Assembly: GCA_020053275.1 (NCBI GenBank)
Contig: JAGVNL010000026.1
Location: 6,416-70,415, forward strand
From: a bacterium
GTDB lineage: Bacteria; Patescibacteriota; Patescibacteriia; UBA9934
Direction of reading: 5' to 3'
DNA: 64,000 nucleotides
Below are positions 19,198-27,911 of the stretch, one piece after another; position 1 is the stretch's first letter; each line of letters starts with the position of its first letter. Under the pieces are notes generated by a model. It had not been told where the DNA came from and searched no databases. It worked only from the letters and a program-made list of their open reading frames with translations. A program made the translations under genes and the position numbers.

Positions 19198-20082
19198 CTA
19201 ACCTCGCTTAATTACTGCCGCCCCATACGCTAGCACGATGAACAACGGTGCCAGAATCCACAATATCATCGCCGGGCCTACACCGTGGTGCTTGGCAAAA
19301 TATTTTCGCATACTCTCCCTCACCCACTTCTGTTTGCGGATTGTTGCCAATTGGTCAAAAGTGTGACCCTTATGATGAACAATCTCTACATCCGCATAAT
19401 GACGAATCTTAAAGCCAGCGTCATATGCCATTTTACAATAATCCACCTCCTCAAACCAAATAAAGTAGCGCTCATCAAACAAACCAATCTTCTCAATCAC
19501 ACTCCGGCGAATCATCATGAACGCCCCCATGATCGAATCCACATCCTGCGTTTTAAAAGCATCCACATCTCGCATCATATAGTCATCAATGCTCCATACT
19601 CGACGAATGAAATGCGGCACCTTGAGCATGATCAGTAGCTGGTCTATCATCCTAGGGAAACGGCGAATACTGTCCTGTAGCTCACCGTTCGGATAACGAA
19701 TAATGCAACTCCCAATCCCCACCTCCGTATCCGCATCCATATGCTTGACCATTTGTTCGATGGCATCTGGCGGCACAACAGTATCCGGGTTCAAAAGAAG
19801 AACATAGCGCCCAGTCGCCAACCTCATTCCCTGATTCACCGCCGCCGCGAACCCTCGATTAATATTATTCGCGATGTACTCAGCATCGGGCAATAACTCA
19901 TTAACGAGTTCCTTCGTGGCCAAACTTCCAGCGTTATCGACCACTATCAATTCATAATCACAGGTCTCTAAGTGACCTGCCCTGTCTCTAAGAGACCTGG
20001 AGCTCGCAACCGCCGCCAAACACGCCGCCAGCACTTCAGGCGCTTCTTTGTAAGTTAGGATAACGATTGATACATCGGTCAT
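19198..20082 (-). CDS. family 2 glycosyltransferase
   Basis: N-terminal 'VSIVILTYKE', 'VVDNAGS' and DxD-like 'LNPDTVV' motifs; ~290 aa GT-A fold. Confidence 0.8.
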   Translation of the reverse strand: MTDVSIVILTYKEAPEVLAACLAAVASSRSLRDRAGHLETCDYELIVVDNAGSLATKELVNELLPDAEYIANNINRGFAAAVNQGMRLATGRYVLLLNPDTVVPPDAIEQMVKHMDADTEVGIGSCIIRYPNGELQDSIRRFPRMIDQLLIMLKVPHFIRRVWSIDDYMMRDVDAFKTQDVDSIMGAFMMIRRSVIEKIGLFDERYFIWFEEVDYCKMAYDAGFKIRHYADVEIVHHKGHTFDQLATIRKQKWVRESMRKYFAKHHGVGPAMILWILAPLFIVLAYGAAVIKRG

Positions 20083-20813
20083 ACAAGATGATGTTTTTTA
20101 ACAATTATCTTCCGCGCTGCCTCGTACCGGCTAACTCGTGCTGGCTTCCACGGCAACCAACGCCACGGTAGCTGGTAGACAAATGACGGCAACCAACTGG
20201 AACCAATTCGCGAAGCTCCTTCAATACGGACATTAAACCAAACACCCCCACGAATAGCTGAGCTGGCAGGCACCAACACACCCTCGAACCCGCGTTCGAG
20301 CATAGTCAACCAAACATCCCAATCCTGGAATCGTTTGATGGTCTCGTCAAAGCCAGAAAAGACGCTGTGCTTAACCAAACAAGTTGTATGAATATAATTT
20401 ACGCGTCGTAAACGAGCGGCAGAGAAAGGCACCCCGCGAAATACCTTCCAACCAAAACGGAATCCAGTATACGCATAACCAACATTACTTGGCGCCGACT
20501 CAAGTGTCGCAAAACATTTAGTCAACATTCCTGGCTTCAGAACGACATCCGCATCTGCAAACATGAGATACTTACCCGTCGCCGCATACAGGCCTCGGTT
20601 GCGAGCTGGGTTAGAACCTTTGTTCTCTTGGCGAATAACCGTCACTCTATTCGCATATTTCTTCAACACCGCTGGCGTATTATCCGTACTCCCATCGTCG
20701 ACAACAATCACTTCAATCCCAACTCCCGCCTGTGCCAAAATAGAATCCAAACAAGCCGGTAGTGTTGCCGCGTGTTGATATGTTGGCACAATTACGGAAA
20801 TGAGTGGCTTCAT
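20079..20813 (-). CDS. family 2 glycosyltransferase
   Basis: 'ISVIVPTYQ...IEVIVVDDGSTDNT' motif. 4-bp overlap with the downstream glycosyltransferase. Confidence 0.8.
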   Translation of the reverse strand: MKPLISVIVPTYQHAATLPACLDSILAQAGVGIEVIVVDDGSTDNTPAVLKKYANRVTVIRQENKGSNPARNRGLYAATGKYLMFADADVVLKPGMLTKCFATLESAPSNVGYAYTGFRFGWKVFRGVPFSAARLRRVNYIHTTCLVKHSVFSGFDETIKRFQDWDVWLTMLERGFEGVLVPASSAIRGGVWFNVRIEGASRIGSSWLPSFVYQLPWRWLPWKPARVSRYEAARKIIVKKHHLV

Positions 20814-20814
20814 A

Positions 20815-21870
20815 CTAACTCAGTAATTCATCTAACTTCGACATCTGCGCCAACCTTGTAAACTCCGCCAACACTCGTTCTCTCCCCCTCTTTCCTTGTT
20901 CCTCGCCGAGCCTCTCATCGTTTTGATATCTCTCGATGGCCTTCGTTAGTTCTTCGACCGAGCCATCGATAAGTGTGCCAGTCATATTATCGATAACTGC
21001 CTCGTCAACACCGGGTGTGTTATTGGCGATAACTGGCAAGCCGAACAGCCCAGCCTCAAGATAAACTATACCGAACCCCTCGCGATCCGTCGCCGTCTTC
21101 TTAGCTGGCATCACAAACACATCAGCATCACGGTAAAACTGCACCAGTTCATCATTACTAACGATACTATGCACAGTTACACGGTTGCCTAAACCGAGTT
21201 CTACAATCTTCTCCTCGATGACCTTTAGGTATGGTCCATCACCCACAATATCATATCTAACCTCAGGCAAGTTCTTAATGGCTTCGAGTACCGGCAAATG
21301 GCCTTTGCGTTCCACCAACCTCGCCACCGTCAGCAGCCTTAGCCCAACCTCATCGTTTTTTATTCCATCGATTACCTTCGCGGCAGCCACCATCTCATCC
21401 GCCACACACGGATAAACCACTAACGGCTTCACACCTAGCACAAAGCCCGCCACCTCACCCGCCAATGCAGCTGAGTTCGTCACCACCTTCTTAGCGAGCC
21501 TCAATATTCTCTTCGTTAATTCTCTTCTGATAAGTCCTTGTCGAGCTAAGTCAAAATCCAACCCATGCAGAAAAATAACATACGGTTTACCACCAAGTAA
21601 CTTCGCTGCCAACGCCGCCGTCCCCAATGGCAACACATGCTGAATCCACAGCTGATCATAGTCTTTTCGTCTCAACCACAACATTTTCAACATGCCATAG
21701 TAACTCCAGGTCTCCAAGTGACCTGACAGGTCTCTAAGAGACCTTGGTGCCATCGTAAAAACCGTCACTTCCACATTCCCAGGAAAAGTTTTCTTGATAG
21801 CCTCAATATAGCGAGCAATCCCGCCCTTGAAACCTGGCGCTTCAATTGTCGGCAAAAGAATGCGAGCCAT
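20815..21870 (-). CDS. family 1 (GT4-type) glycosyltransferase
   Basis: C-terminal 'EGFGIVYLEAGLFGLPVIANNTPG' GT4 motif. Start moved to the internal ATG at 21870, 1 nt from the upstream stop; the 373-aa ORF-track start would overlap the flippase gene by 65 bp. Confidence 0.75.
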   Translation of the reverse strand: MARILLPTIEAPGFKGGIARYIEAIKKTFPGNVEVTVFTMAPRSLRDLSGHLETWSYYGMLKMLWLRRKDYDQLWIQHVLPLGTAALAAKLLGGKPYVIFLHGLDFDLARQGLIRRELTKRILRLAKKVVTNSAALAGEVAGFVLGVKPLVVYPCVADEMVAAAKVIDGIKNDEVGLRLLTVARLVERKGHLPVLEAIKNLPEVRYDIVGDGPYLKVIEEKIVELGLGNRVTVHSIVSNDELVQFYRDADVFVMPAKKTATDREGFGIVYLEAGLFGLPVIANNTPGVDEAVIDNMTGTLIDGSVEELTKAIERYQNDERLGEEQGKRGRERVLAEFTRLAQMSKLDELLS

Positions 21871-21871
21871 A

Positions 21872-23302
21872 TTAACGGCGACGCAGTAACGCCCGGAATG
21901 ACCTGGCATGATCAAGAGTAAAGGCTCGGCTGACAAATATACAAATAAGATAAACTACAGCCCCGACTATCATCGACACAACAAACGGCACATATGACTT
22001 TACTGCAAAGACAGCTAACGCCATTACCAAACCAGAAGCATAAAAGCCACCAACGCTCTTAACCAACTCGACAAATTTGAGGGAGGCTATTGGCGACACA
22101 AAATACCAGCCAACAACGAACATGAAGACGAAAGATATAATAGCTGCCACACAGGCGCCGGCAATACCGAGGATTGGAATTAGAATTATATTTGCGACGG
22201 CATTAATAACCATGACGACTCCCATGATGGCAGTTTTTATGTGCTGGCGACGGGTGGCGTTGAGCAGTGATCCGATCGGGAAGTCGAGAAATATTGGCAA
22301 GAGGACGAAAATTAAAATCGACAAAGGAATGGCAGCATTCGCGTAGTCAGGGTTAAAGTAACTAATAATTTCTGGCGCCAAGGACCAAATACCAAAAACT
22401 ATTGGTGCGGCTAAAAACGAAACATACCATTCAGCATCAAGGAAAATCTTTTTCAAGCGAGCAGGGTCATCCGCCGCCGCGCTCATGGTTGGGTAGAGCG
22501 CTCCAACAAATGCTAATGGCAAGAACTGAAAAGCATAAGTCAACTTATAGGCGACGCTATAAACACCAACCGATGCTTGACCAAGAATAGCATTCAGCAC
22601 AAAGCTGTCAAAGTAGGAATAGACCTTAACAAAGATGGCTGCCAAGAAAAACGGTAGGGCCATACGCAACAGTACGGCGTCAAACTTGATTGAAGGCACT
22701 AAAGCTTTTATGCCCAAACGACGGGTAACCTGCCATGCACCGAATATAAGATTGAAACAACTGCCGAGCGTCAATGCAATAACTAAACTCGTCAGGGTGG
22801 CATGATGCGTAACAATCAATCCTATACCGAGCAGCGTCGACAACAACTGCCCAGTAAAGATACCAAGTGATTCATACTGCAAAATTTGCAGGCCGCGCAG
22901 TACACCATAAAATGTGAGCGACAGAGTGTCCGCTATCATGATACCGAGCGCTACTATCACCAAACCCTGCACCTCGTGGCTGTAGCCAAGCGTCGACGGC
23001 AATACAAAAAGAGCAATGATCGATAACGGAATAGTAAACACTTTGTAACCAAGCACGCTGCGCAACCACCTTACTGCGTCCCCTGGCGTTCTAGCCACCT
23101 CGCGAGTCAAGACACTCGTCAACCCAATGTCATCAAAGACGCCAATCATGACAACTAAGCCGAGCGCTAAAAAGTAAGCACCGTTCCCGCTACTCCCCAA
23201 ATAATTCGCCAGTACAGCAAAATAGGCAAAAGCTATGCACTTCTGCCCAATACTCGCCGCTGTCAAAAACAAGGTATTTTTAGCCAATATGCTACCTGCC
23301 AT
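21872..23302 (-). CDS. oligosaccharide/polysaccharide flippase (Wzx/MOP superfamily)
   Basis: 476 aa, ~12 TM helices. N-terminal 'KNTLFLTAASIGQKCIAFAYFAVLANYLG' is typical of the polysaccharide biosynthesis protein family. Confidence 0.75.
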   Translation of the reverse strand: MAGSILAKNTLFLTAASIGQKCIAFAYFAVLANYLGSSGNGAYFLALGLVVMIGVFDDIGLTSVLTREVARTPGDAVRWLRSVLGYKVFTIPLSIIALFVLPSTLGYSHEVQGLVIVALGIMIADTLSLTFYGVLRGLQILQYESLGIFTGQLLSTLLGIGLIVTHHATLTSLVIALTLGSCFNLIFGAWQVTRRLGIKALVPSIKFDAVLLRMALPFFLAAIFVKVYSYFDSFVLNAILGQASVGVYSVAYKLTYAFQFLPLAFVGALYPTMSAAADDPARLKKIFLDAEWYVSFLAAPIVFGIWSLAPEIISYFNPDYANAAIPLSILIFVLLPIFLDFPIGSLLNATRRQHIKTAIMGVVMVINAVANIILIPILGIAGACVAAIISFVFMFVVGWYFVSPIASLKFVELVKSVGGFYASGLVMALAVFAVKSYVPFVVSMIVGAVVYLICIFVSRAFTLDHARSFRALLRRR

Positions 23303-23391
23303 GTGGCTGTATGGTAGCGCAAAATGGCAATTACGACAACAGAAATCCCCCGTAAACGGAGGATGTCTGCTGGCCGTAGTTAATCAGAGGA

Positions 23392-23787
23392 TTAACGCTT
23401 GCGCCACTGTGGTGAACGGCGAGCACCATGCTTACCGAACTTCTTGCGTTCCTTCTTGCGAGGATCACGAGTTAAGAGGCTCTGGGCCTTCAAAGTTGCC
23501 TTGAGAGCTTCGTCCATCATGACGAGGGCTCGAGCAATACCGAGCTTTACGGCGTCGGACTGACCGGTTGGGCCACCACCAACAGTCTTGATAGTGACAT
23601 CCATGCTGGTCAGGTTGCCTGTCTCCTTGAGTGGGCGTTCCACCGAGGCTTGTAAGGTTGGAGTGGTGAAGAACTCCTTATATGGTTTACCGTTTACAGT
23701 GATCTTGCCACTGCCAGCTGGGTACAAACGAACCTGAGCTATTGCAGTTTTACGACGACCGACGGATTGGAAATATTTTTCAGCCAT
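23392..23787 (-). CDS. rpsI: 30S ribosomal protein S9
   Basis: 'GRRKTAIA' N-terminal motif and basic C-terminus ending in ...WRKR. Confidence 0.9.
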   Translation of the reverse strand: MAEKYFQSVGRRKTAIAQVRLYPAGSGKITVNGKPYKEFFTTPTLQASVERPLKETGNLTSMDVTIKTVGGGPTGQSDAVKLGIARALVMMDEALKATLKAQSLLTRDPRKKERKKFGKHGARRSPQWRKR

Positions 23788-23788
23788 A

Positions 23789-24157
23789 TTAGGAAATTGA
23801 CAACCGCTTCATACGGTTCGTGCGGTGCTTGTTCTTTGGAAGCATACGGGACACTGCGGCGCGGAGAACGGAAGCTGGATCCTTTTCCCACATAACTCGC
23901 ATAGTAGTCTCGTGAATACCGCCTGGGTGACCGCTATGGTGGAAATACTTTTTGTCTTCGTACTTCTTACCAGTCACTTTAATACCGGAGCAGTTGGTAA
24001 CGACCACGATGTTGCCAGCGTCTACATTCGGCTGGTAAACAGCACTGGTCTTGCCCATCAGGTTCATGGCAATTTGTGTTGCCAAGCGACCAAGGATCTT
24101 ACCAGCGGCGTCAAAGGCCACCGTCTTACGGACTGGATTGATTATAGTATTTGCCAT
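23789..24157 (-). CDS. rplM: 50S ribosomal protein L13 (short form)
   Basis: 'AAGKILGRLATQIAMNLMGK' L13 signature. 122 aa; located immediately upstream of rpsI as usual. Confidence 0.85.
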   Translation of the reverse strand: MANTIINPVRKTVAFDAAGKILGRLATQIAMNLMGKTSAVYQPNVDAGNIVVVTNCSGIKVTGKKYEDKKYFHHSGHPGGIHETTMRVMWEKDPASVLRAAVSRMLPKNKHRTNRMKRLSIS

Positions 24158-24159
24158 AT

Positions 24160-24510
24160 TTAGACGAATTCGATGAGTGCCAAGTCGGCCGCATCACCCT
24201 GACGAGCACCGAGTTTGGTAATCCGAGTATAACCACCAGTACGGGTCATGAAACGAGGTCCCAAGACTTCGAGCAGCTTTTTGACTGGCTGTTCAGTAGT
24301 GAAGTAGCCAAGCAAGGCGCGGCGAGTGGCCAGGTCATTCTTGCGAGCCAAGGTAACCAACTTCTCTACCGCTGGCCTGGCATACTTAGCCCGAGCAATG
24401 GTTGTCTCTACCTTCTCGTAGGTAATGAGACTGGTAACCAAGTCGCGTAGTAATGCTTTGCGGCCAGAGGTATGGCGACTAAAGGTTTTCTTATTTTTAC
24501 GATGTCGCAT
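24160..24510 (-). CDS. rplQ: 50S ribosomal protein L17
   Basis: 'MRHRKNKKTFSRHTSGRKALLRDLVTSLITYEKVETT' L17 signature. Follows rpoA. Confidence 0.92.
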   Translation of the reverse strand: MRHRKNKKTFSRHTSGRKALLRDLVTSLITYEKVETTIARAKYARPAVEKLVTLARKNDLATRRALLGYFTTEQPVKKLLEVLGPRFMTRTGGYTRITKLGARQGDAADLALIEFV

Positions 24511-24515
24511 AACTG

Positions 24516-25259
24516 TTAGCCTTCGGCCGAAGCATCAGATGCTTTCGCAATCTGTTCGGTGAGTGAGGCGTGACTCAACTGGCTTTGAATCCAGGTGAAG
24601 TGATTGAGAATAATTTTGGTGGCGTGTTCGACTGCTTCCTGCGGCGTCACCGTGCCGTCTGTGATGATGTTCATGATGACCTTGTCGTAGTTGGTAATTT
24701 CACCAACGCGCGTGTTCTCAATGCGGATACCACACTGGCGCACCGGGCTGAACAAAGCGTCCACACCGATCATACCAATCTCTGTGTTTGGTACTTCGCG
24801 CTCCTCGGTTGGCATGTAACCACGGCCACGAGATACCACGATGTCCATTTCGAAGTTGATGCTGTCGGTCAGCGTGCAAAGTACTAAGTCTGGGTTCATG
24901 ATTTCCACATCAGCGTTGGCAGAAATGTCTGCAGCGGTGACGATACCTGGCTTGTTAGCTGTTACGCGTAAAATTACAGGCTCTTCTGAGTGTACCTTCA
25001 TGCGCAACTGCTTCAGGTTCAACATGACCTCCAAACCATCTTCTTTGACACCGGTGATGGCAGCAAACTCATGCTGCACACCCTTGATCTTCATGGCTGT
25101 AACTGCCGCACCAGGCAAAGACGAAAGCAATACTCGGCGCAGTGAGTTGCCAACTGTAGTGCCATATCCATGATGGAGAGGCTCGATGGTAAGAATGGCC
25201 TCGTGCTCTTGTTCACCGGTCGTGAAGTACATCTTTGACGGAAGAAGAATGTTCTCCAT
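24516..25259 (-). CDS. rpoA: DNA-directed RNA polymerase alpha subunit, N-terminal domain only (no alpha-CTD encoded)
   Basis: 247 aa. Alpha-NTD motifs 'LTIEPLHHGYGTTVGNSLRRVLLSSLPGAAVTA'. The ORF stops about 10 aa after the NTD and is followed directly by rplQ. No linker or CTD ('…NCLK…' HhH) region is present. Confidence 0.85.
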   Translation of the reverse strand: MENILLPSKMYFTTGEQEHEAILTIEPLHHGYGTTVGNSLRRVLLSSLPGAAVTAMKIKGVQHEFAAITGVKEDGLEVMLNLKQLRMKVHSEEPVILRVTANKPGIVTAADISANADVEIMNPDLVLCTLTDSINFEMDIVVSRGRGYMPTEEREVPNTEIGMIGVDALFSPVRQCGIRIENTRVGEITNYDKVIMNIITDGTVTPQEAVEHATKIILNHFTWIQSQLSHASLTEQIAKASDASAEG

Positions 25260-25271
25260 AGGATGATGGGA

Positions 25272-25895
25272 TTAGCGCATCGAGTAAAACTCGACGATAA
25301 GTTTAGGATCAAACACTTCCTTAAGGTCCTCGCCTGCCGGAATGCTGACCACTTTGCCCACATTATTCTCCATATTGAGCCAACCAGGAACGGTTGTGGT
25401 CTTCAAACGATCACTGAGGTCGCTGAATACTTTCTTTTCCTTCTTGTTCTCACGAAGCCCTACCACATCGCCGACACGGACCTGATATGAAGGAATGTTT
25501 ACCTTGATACCATTCACCGTGAACATACCGTGGCTAACCATTTGACGAGCCTGTGGCCTAGTCTTGGCAAAACCGAGACGGAAGGCTGCATTGTCCAAGC
25601 GAAGCTCGAGCAAGCGGCACAACTGTTCGCCAGTGTTACCTTCCGCTTTCTCTGCCTTGGCAAAGTAGTTGCGGAACTGTCGCTCCATGATGCCGTACAA
25701 TCGTTTAGCTTTTTGCTTCTCTCGTAGCTGCTGGCCATAGACCGAGAGGCGTGATGGGCGACCCATGTTCTTTTTACCGTGCACACCCGGTGGGTATGGA
25801 CGCTTTTGCATGAGCTTGAGGATGCTGGAACTCGTGGAAAGTGGGACGCCTTCACGACGACTCATCTTGCCGAGTTTATTTAATGTTTTTCCCAT
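25272..25895 (-). CDS. rpsD: 30S ribosomal protein S4
   Basis: 'LGKMSRREGV' N-terminus and S4 domain. Sits in the rpsM-rpsK-rpsD-rpoA order. Confidence 0.9.
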   Translation of the reverse strand: MGKTLNKLGKMSRREGVPLSTSSSILKLMQKRPYPPGVHGKKNMGRPSRLSVYGQQLREKQKAKRLYGIMERQFRNYFAKAEKAEGNTGEQLCRLLELRLDNAAFRLGFAKTRPQARQMVSHGMFTVNGIKVNIPSYQVRVGDVVGLRENKKEKKVFSDLSDRLKTTTVPGWLNMENNVGKVVSIPAGEDLKEVFDPKLIVEFYSMR

Positions 25896-25898
25896 AGA

Positions 25899-26366
25899 TT
25901 ACATGCGTCGTGCTCGACGAGGACGGCAGCCGTTGTGGGCTACTGGTGTCAAGTCGTTGATCGAGAGAACATTGAAACCGTTACCGTTCAAAGCGCGCAG
26001 GGCTCCGTCGCGGCCATTGCCGATACCACTAACGAAAACATGCAAATCTTTGAGTCCGTACACTGCACTAGCCTCCGCAATCTTTTTGACGATGACGCTA
26101 GCAGCGTATGGAGTAGCCTTCTTAGGACCTTTGAAGCCACAGTTACCGGCGCTAGACCAAGTAACAGTGTTGCCGTTTGGATCCGTCAGAGTAACGATGG
26201 TGTTGTTGAAACTGGCTTGGATGTAAGCACGACCCTGTGGAATAGTCCGCATCACGCGCTTCTTACCTTTGGCTGTGCGGAGTGTCTTGTCGGCCTTACC
26301 TTTACCAACTGGAGCTTTCGCCTCAGTTGGCTCGGCAGCCTTATCTTGGATTATTTCATCAGTCAT
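25899..26366 (-). CDS. rpsK: 30S ribosomal protein S11
   Basis: 'GRAYIQASFNNTIVTLTDPNGN' S11 signature, with an N-terminal Lys/Ala-rich extension. Confidence 0.9.
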   Translation of the reverse strand: MTDEIIQDKAAEPTEAKAPVGKGKADKTLRTAKGKKRVMRTIPQGRAYIQASFNNTIVTLTDPNGNTVTWSSAGNCGFKGPKKATPYAASVIVKKIAEASAVYGLKDLHVFVSGIGNGRDGALRALNGNGFNVLSINDLTPVAHNGCRPRRARRM

Positions 26367-26374
26367 AGTCAGGC

Positions 26375-26761
26375 TTATGTCTTGGTGAGCATTCGGCGAC
26401 CACTGCCGGCCGTCTTACGAACATTGCCTCGTACTGTACGAGAGTTCGACTTGGTTCGTTGACCACGAACTGGCAAGTTCTTAGAGTGACGGGATCCGCG
26501 GTAAGAACCAATGTCTTTCAGGCGCTTAATGTGACCCATTACTTCGCGACGCAATTCACCTTCTACGCGGAATTCTTTTTCCACAATCAAGCGGATGGAG
26601 TTTTCCTCGTCTGGGGTTAAATCCTTGACGCGAGTCTCGGCACTTACCTTAGAACGGGTTAAAATGTCTGCTGCACGGGTCTCACCAACTCCGTAAATAT
26701 ATTGGAGGGCAATGACGATGCGCTTGTTGTTTGGGAGTGTTACTCCAGCAATGCGGGCCAT
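26375..26761 (-). CDS. rpsM: 30S ribosomal protein S13
   Basis: '[26 protein letters not shown]' S13 signature. Confidence 0.92.
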   Translation of the reverse strand: MARIAGVTLPNNKRIVIALQYIYGVGETRAADILTRSKVSAETRVKDLTPDEENSIRLIVEKEFRVEGELRREVMGHIKRLKDIGSYRGSRHSKNLPVRGQRTKSNSRTVRGNVRKTAGSGRRMLTKT

Positions 26762-26763
26762 AG

Positions 26764-26880
26764 GCTAACCTTGTCGTTGTTTATGTTTTGGACTCTTTGG
26801 GCAAATGACATGTACTCGACCCTGGCGGCGAACCACCTGGCAGTCGCGACACATCGGCTTCACTGATGCACGAACTTTCA
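26764..26880 (-). CDS. rpmJ: 50S ribosomal protein L36 (not in ORF track, below 60 aa)
   Basis: Hand translation gives [38 protein letters not shown], 38 aa with the CxxC...C...H zinc ribbon of L36. Sits between infA and rpsM. Confidence 0.85.
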
Positions 26881-26979
26881 TACGCAGATTAATTGACGAA
26901 CTAGGTTTTAGCGTGTCTTACGACAAAATCATCCGGCAAACGGGGGATGATTTTGACGAAGGATGTCATGCCTTCCCGC

Positions 26980-27195
26980 CTAGAAACGGAAAGTGATGCG
27001 TCCTTTTGTGAGATCGTACGGACTGATCTCTACTTTGACATCGTCACCTGGCAGGATACGAATGCGGTTTTGACGCATTTTTCCGGACAAATGAGCGAGA
27101 ATCTCTTGGTCGTTCTCGAGTGTTACTCGGAACGCTCCTGCGGGCAAGGCCTCCATAACCTCTCCCCGCATCTCAATGAACTGCTTTTCTACCAT
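26980..27195 (-). CDS. infA: translation initiation factor IF-1
   Basis: 71 aa S1-like OB fold. '[30 protein letters not shown]' is nearly identical to bacterial IF-1. Confidence 0.93.
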   Translation of the reverse strand: MVEKQFIEMRGEVMEALPAGAFRVTLENDQEILAHLSGKMRQNRIRILPGDDVKVEISPYDLTKGRITFRF

Positions 27196-27206
27196 AGTGT
27201 AGCGGG

Positions 27207-27235
27207 ACTATAGCAAATCTTCGCTAAGTATGCAA
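27207..27235 (-). promoter_or_regulatory. candidate promoter P2 of infA-rpmJ-rpsM (TTGCAT-N17-TATAGT), giving a near-leaderless transcript
   Basis: On the minus strand, TTGCAT-N17-TATAGT ends 11 nt before the infA ATG. Confidence 0.4.
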
Positions 27236-27263
27236 GAAAAGCCTGGTTTCTTGAGCTGGCGAT

Positions 27264-27292
27264 ATGGTAATGCATGCAAGATTTACTGTCAA
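27264..27292 (-). promoter_or_regulatory. candidate promoter P1 upstream of infA (TTGACA-N17-TACCAT)
   Basis: Consensus -35 TTGACA, 17-nt spacer and TACCAT -10 on the minus strand, about 70 nt upstream of infA. Confidence 0.4.
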
Positions 27293-27304
27293 TTATTTGA
27301 TGTA

Positions 27305-27874
27305 TTATTTCTTCTCACTATTCCCAAACATCTTATTGAACCAACCCTTCACATTCTCAACTAATCCTTTTGCTGGCTTTTTCTCGGTAGAGCTGTAAGT
27401 CCTGTCCCACCCGCTTCTCCCTTCTGTTAGTACCGCTGTTTTTACGCCACCGAGCTCTGGAGGCAAGCCTGGCCGAGATGGCACCCCCTTAACAGCCGCC
27501 GTCCTGACACCCTTCAATTCTGGCGGTAAAGGCGCTGCATCGACCACAGGCTCTCCTTCGCCTCCCTCCACCACCAAATTACCCTTTTTATCCAAAACCA
27601 AATACTCGGTATCCGCCTCAGGTCGAGCCTTCATCCCCTTGCCTGCCTCTAGTTTAGCTCGAATCTCACCCACACGCTTGTCTGCAAAAGTGGTATCAAC
27701 CGCCTTCCAATCTTCAAGTTGTGCCTTGCCACTTGCAGCCTCAACTAATCTACCTCGCATAGCGGCATCCTCCTTAGCGTTTTGCCTCCTTGCCTGCTGT
27801 TCAGGCGACATCCGAATATAAGTTTCAGGCCTTTTATCACCTCCTCGCTCCCCGCCAGATGATCGTTCTACCAT
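27305..27874 (-). CDS. hypothetical Lys/Glu/Gly-rich protein with internal 'LPPELxGV(K/R)TA' repeats
   Basis: 189 aa, moderately GC-rich, low complexity, no recognisable domain. Internal duplication PLPPELKGVRTAAV / GLPPELGGVKTAVL. Confidence 0.45.
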   Translation of the reverse strand: MVERSSGGERGGDKRPETYIRMSPEQQARRQNAKEDAAMRGRLVEAASGKAQLEDWKAVDTTFADKRVGEIRAKLEAGKGMKARPEADTEYLVLDKKGNLVVEGGEGEPVVDAAPLPPELKGVRTAAVKGVPSRPGLPPELGGVKTAVLTEGRSGWDRTYSSTEKKPAKGLVENVKGWFNKMFGNSEKK

Positions 27875-27911
27875 AAAATTGATTCAATTTTTAATCTCTT
27901 AAAGTATACCA

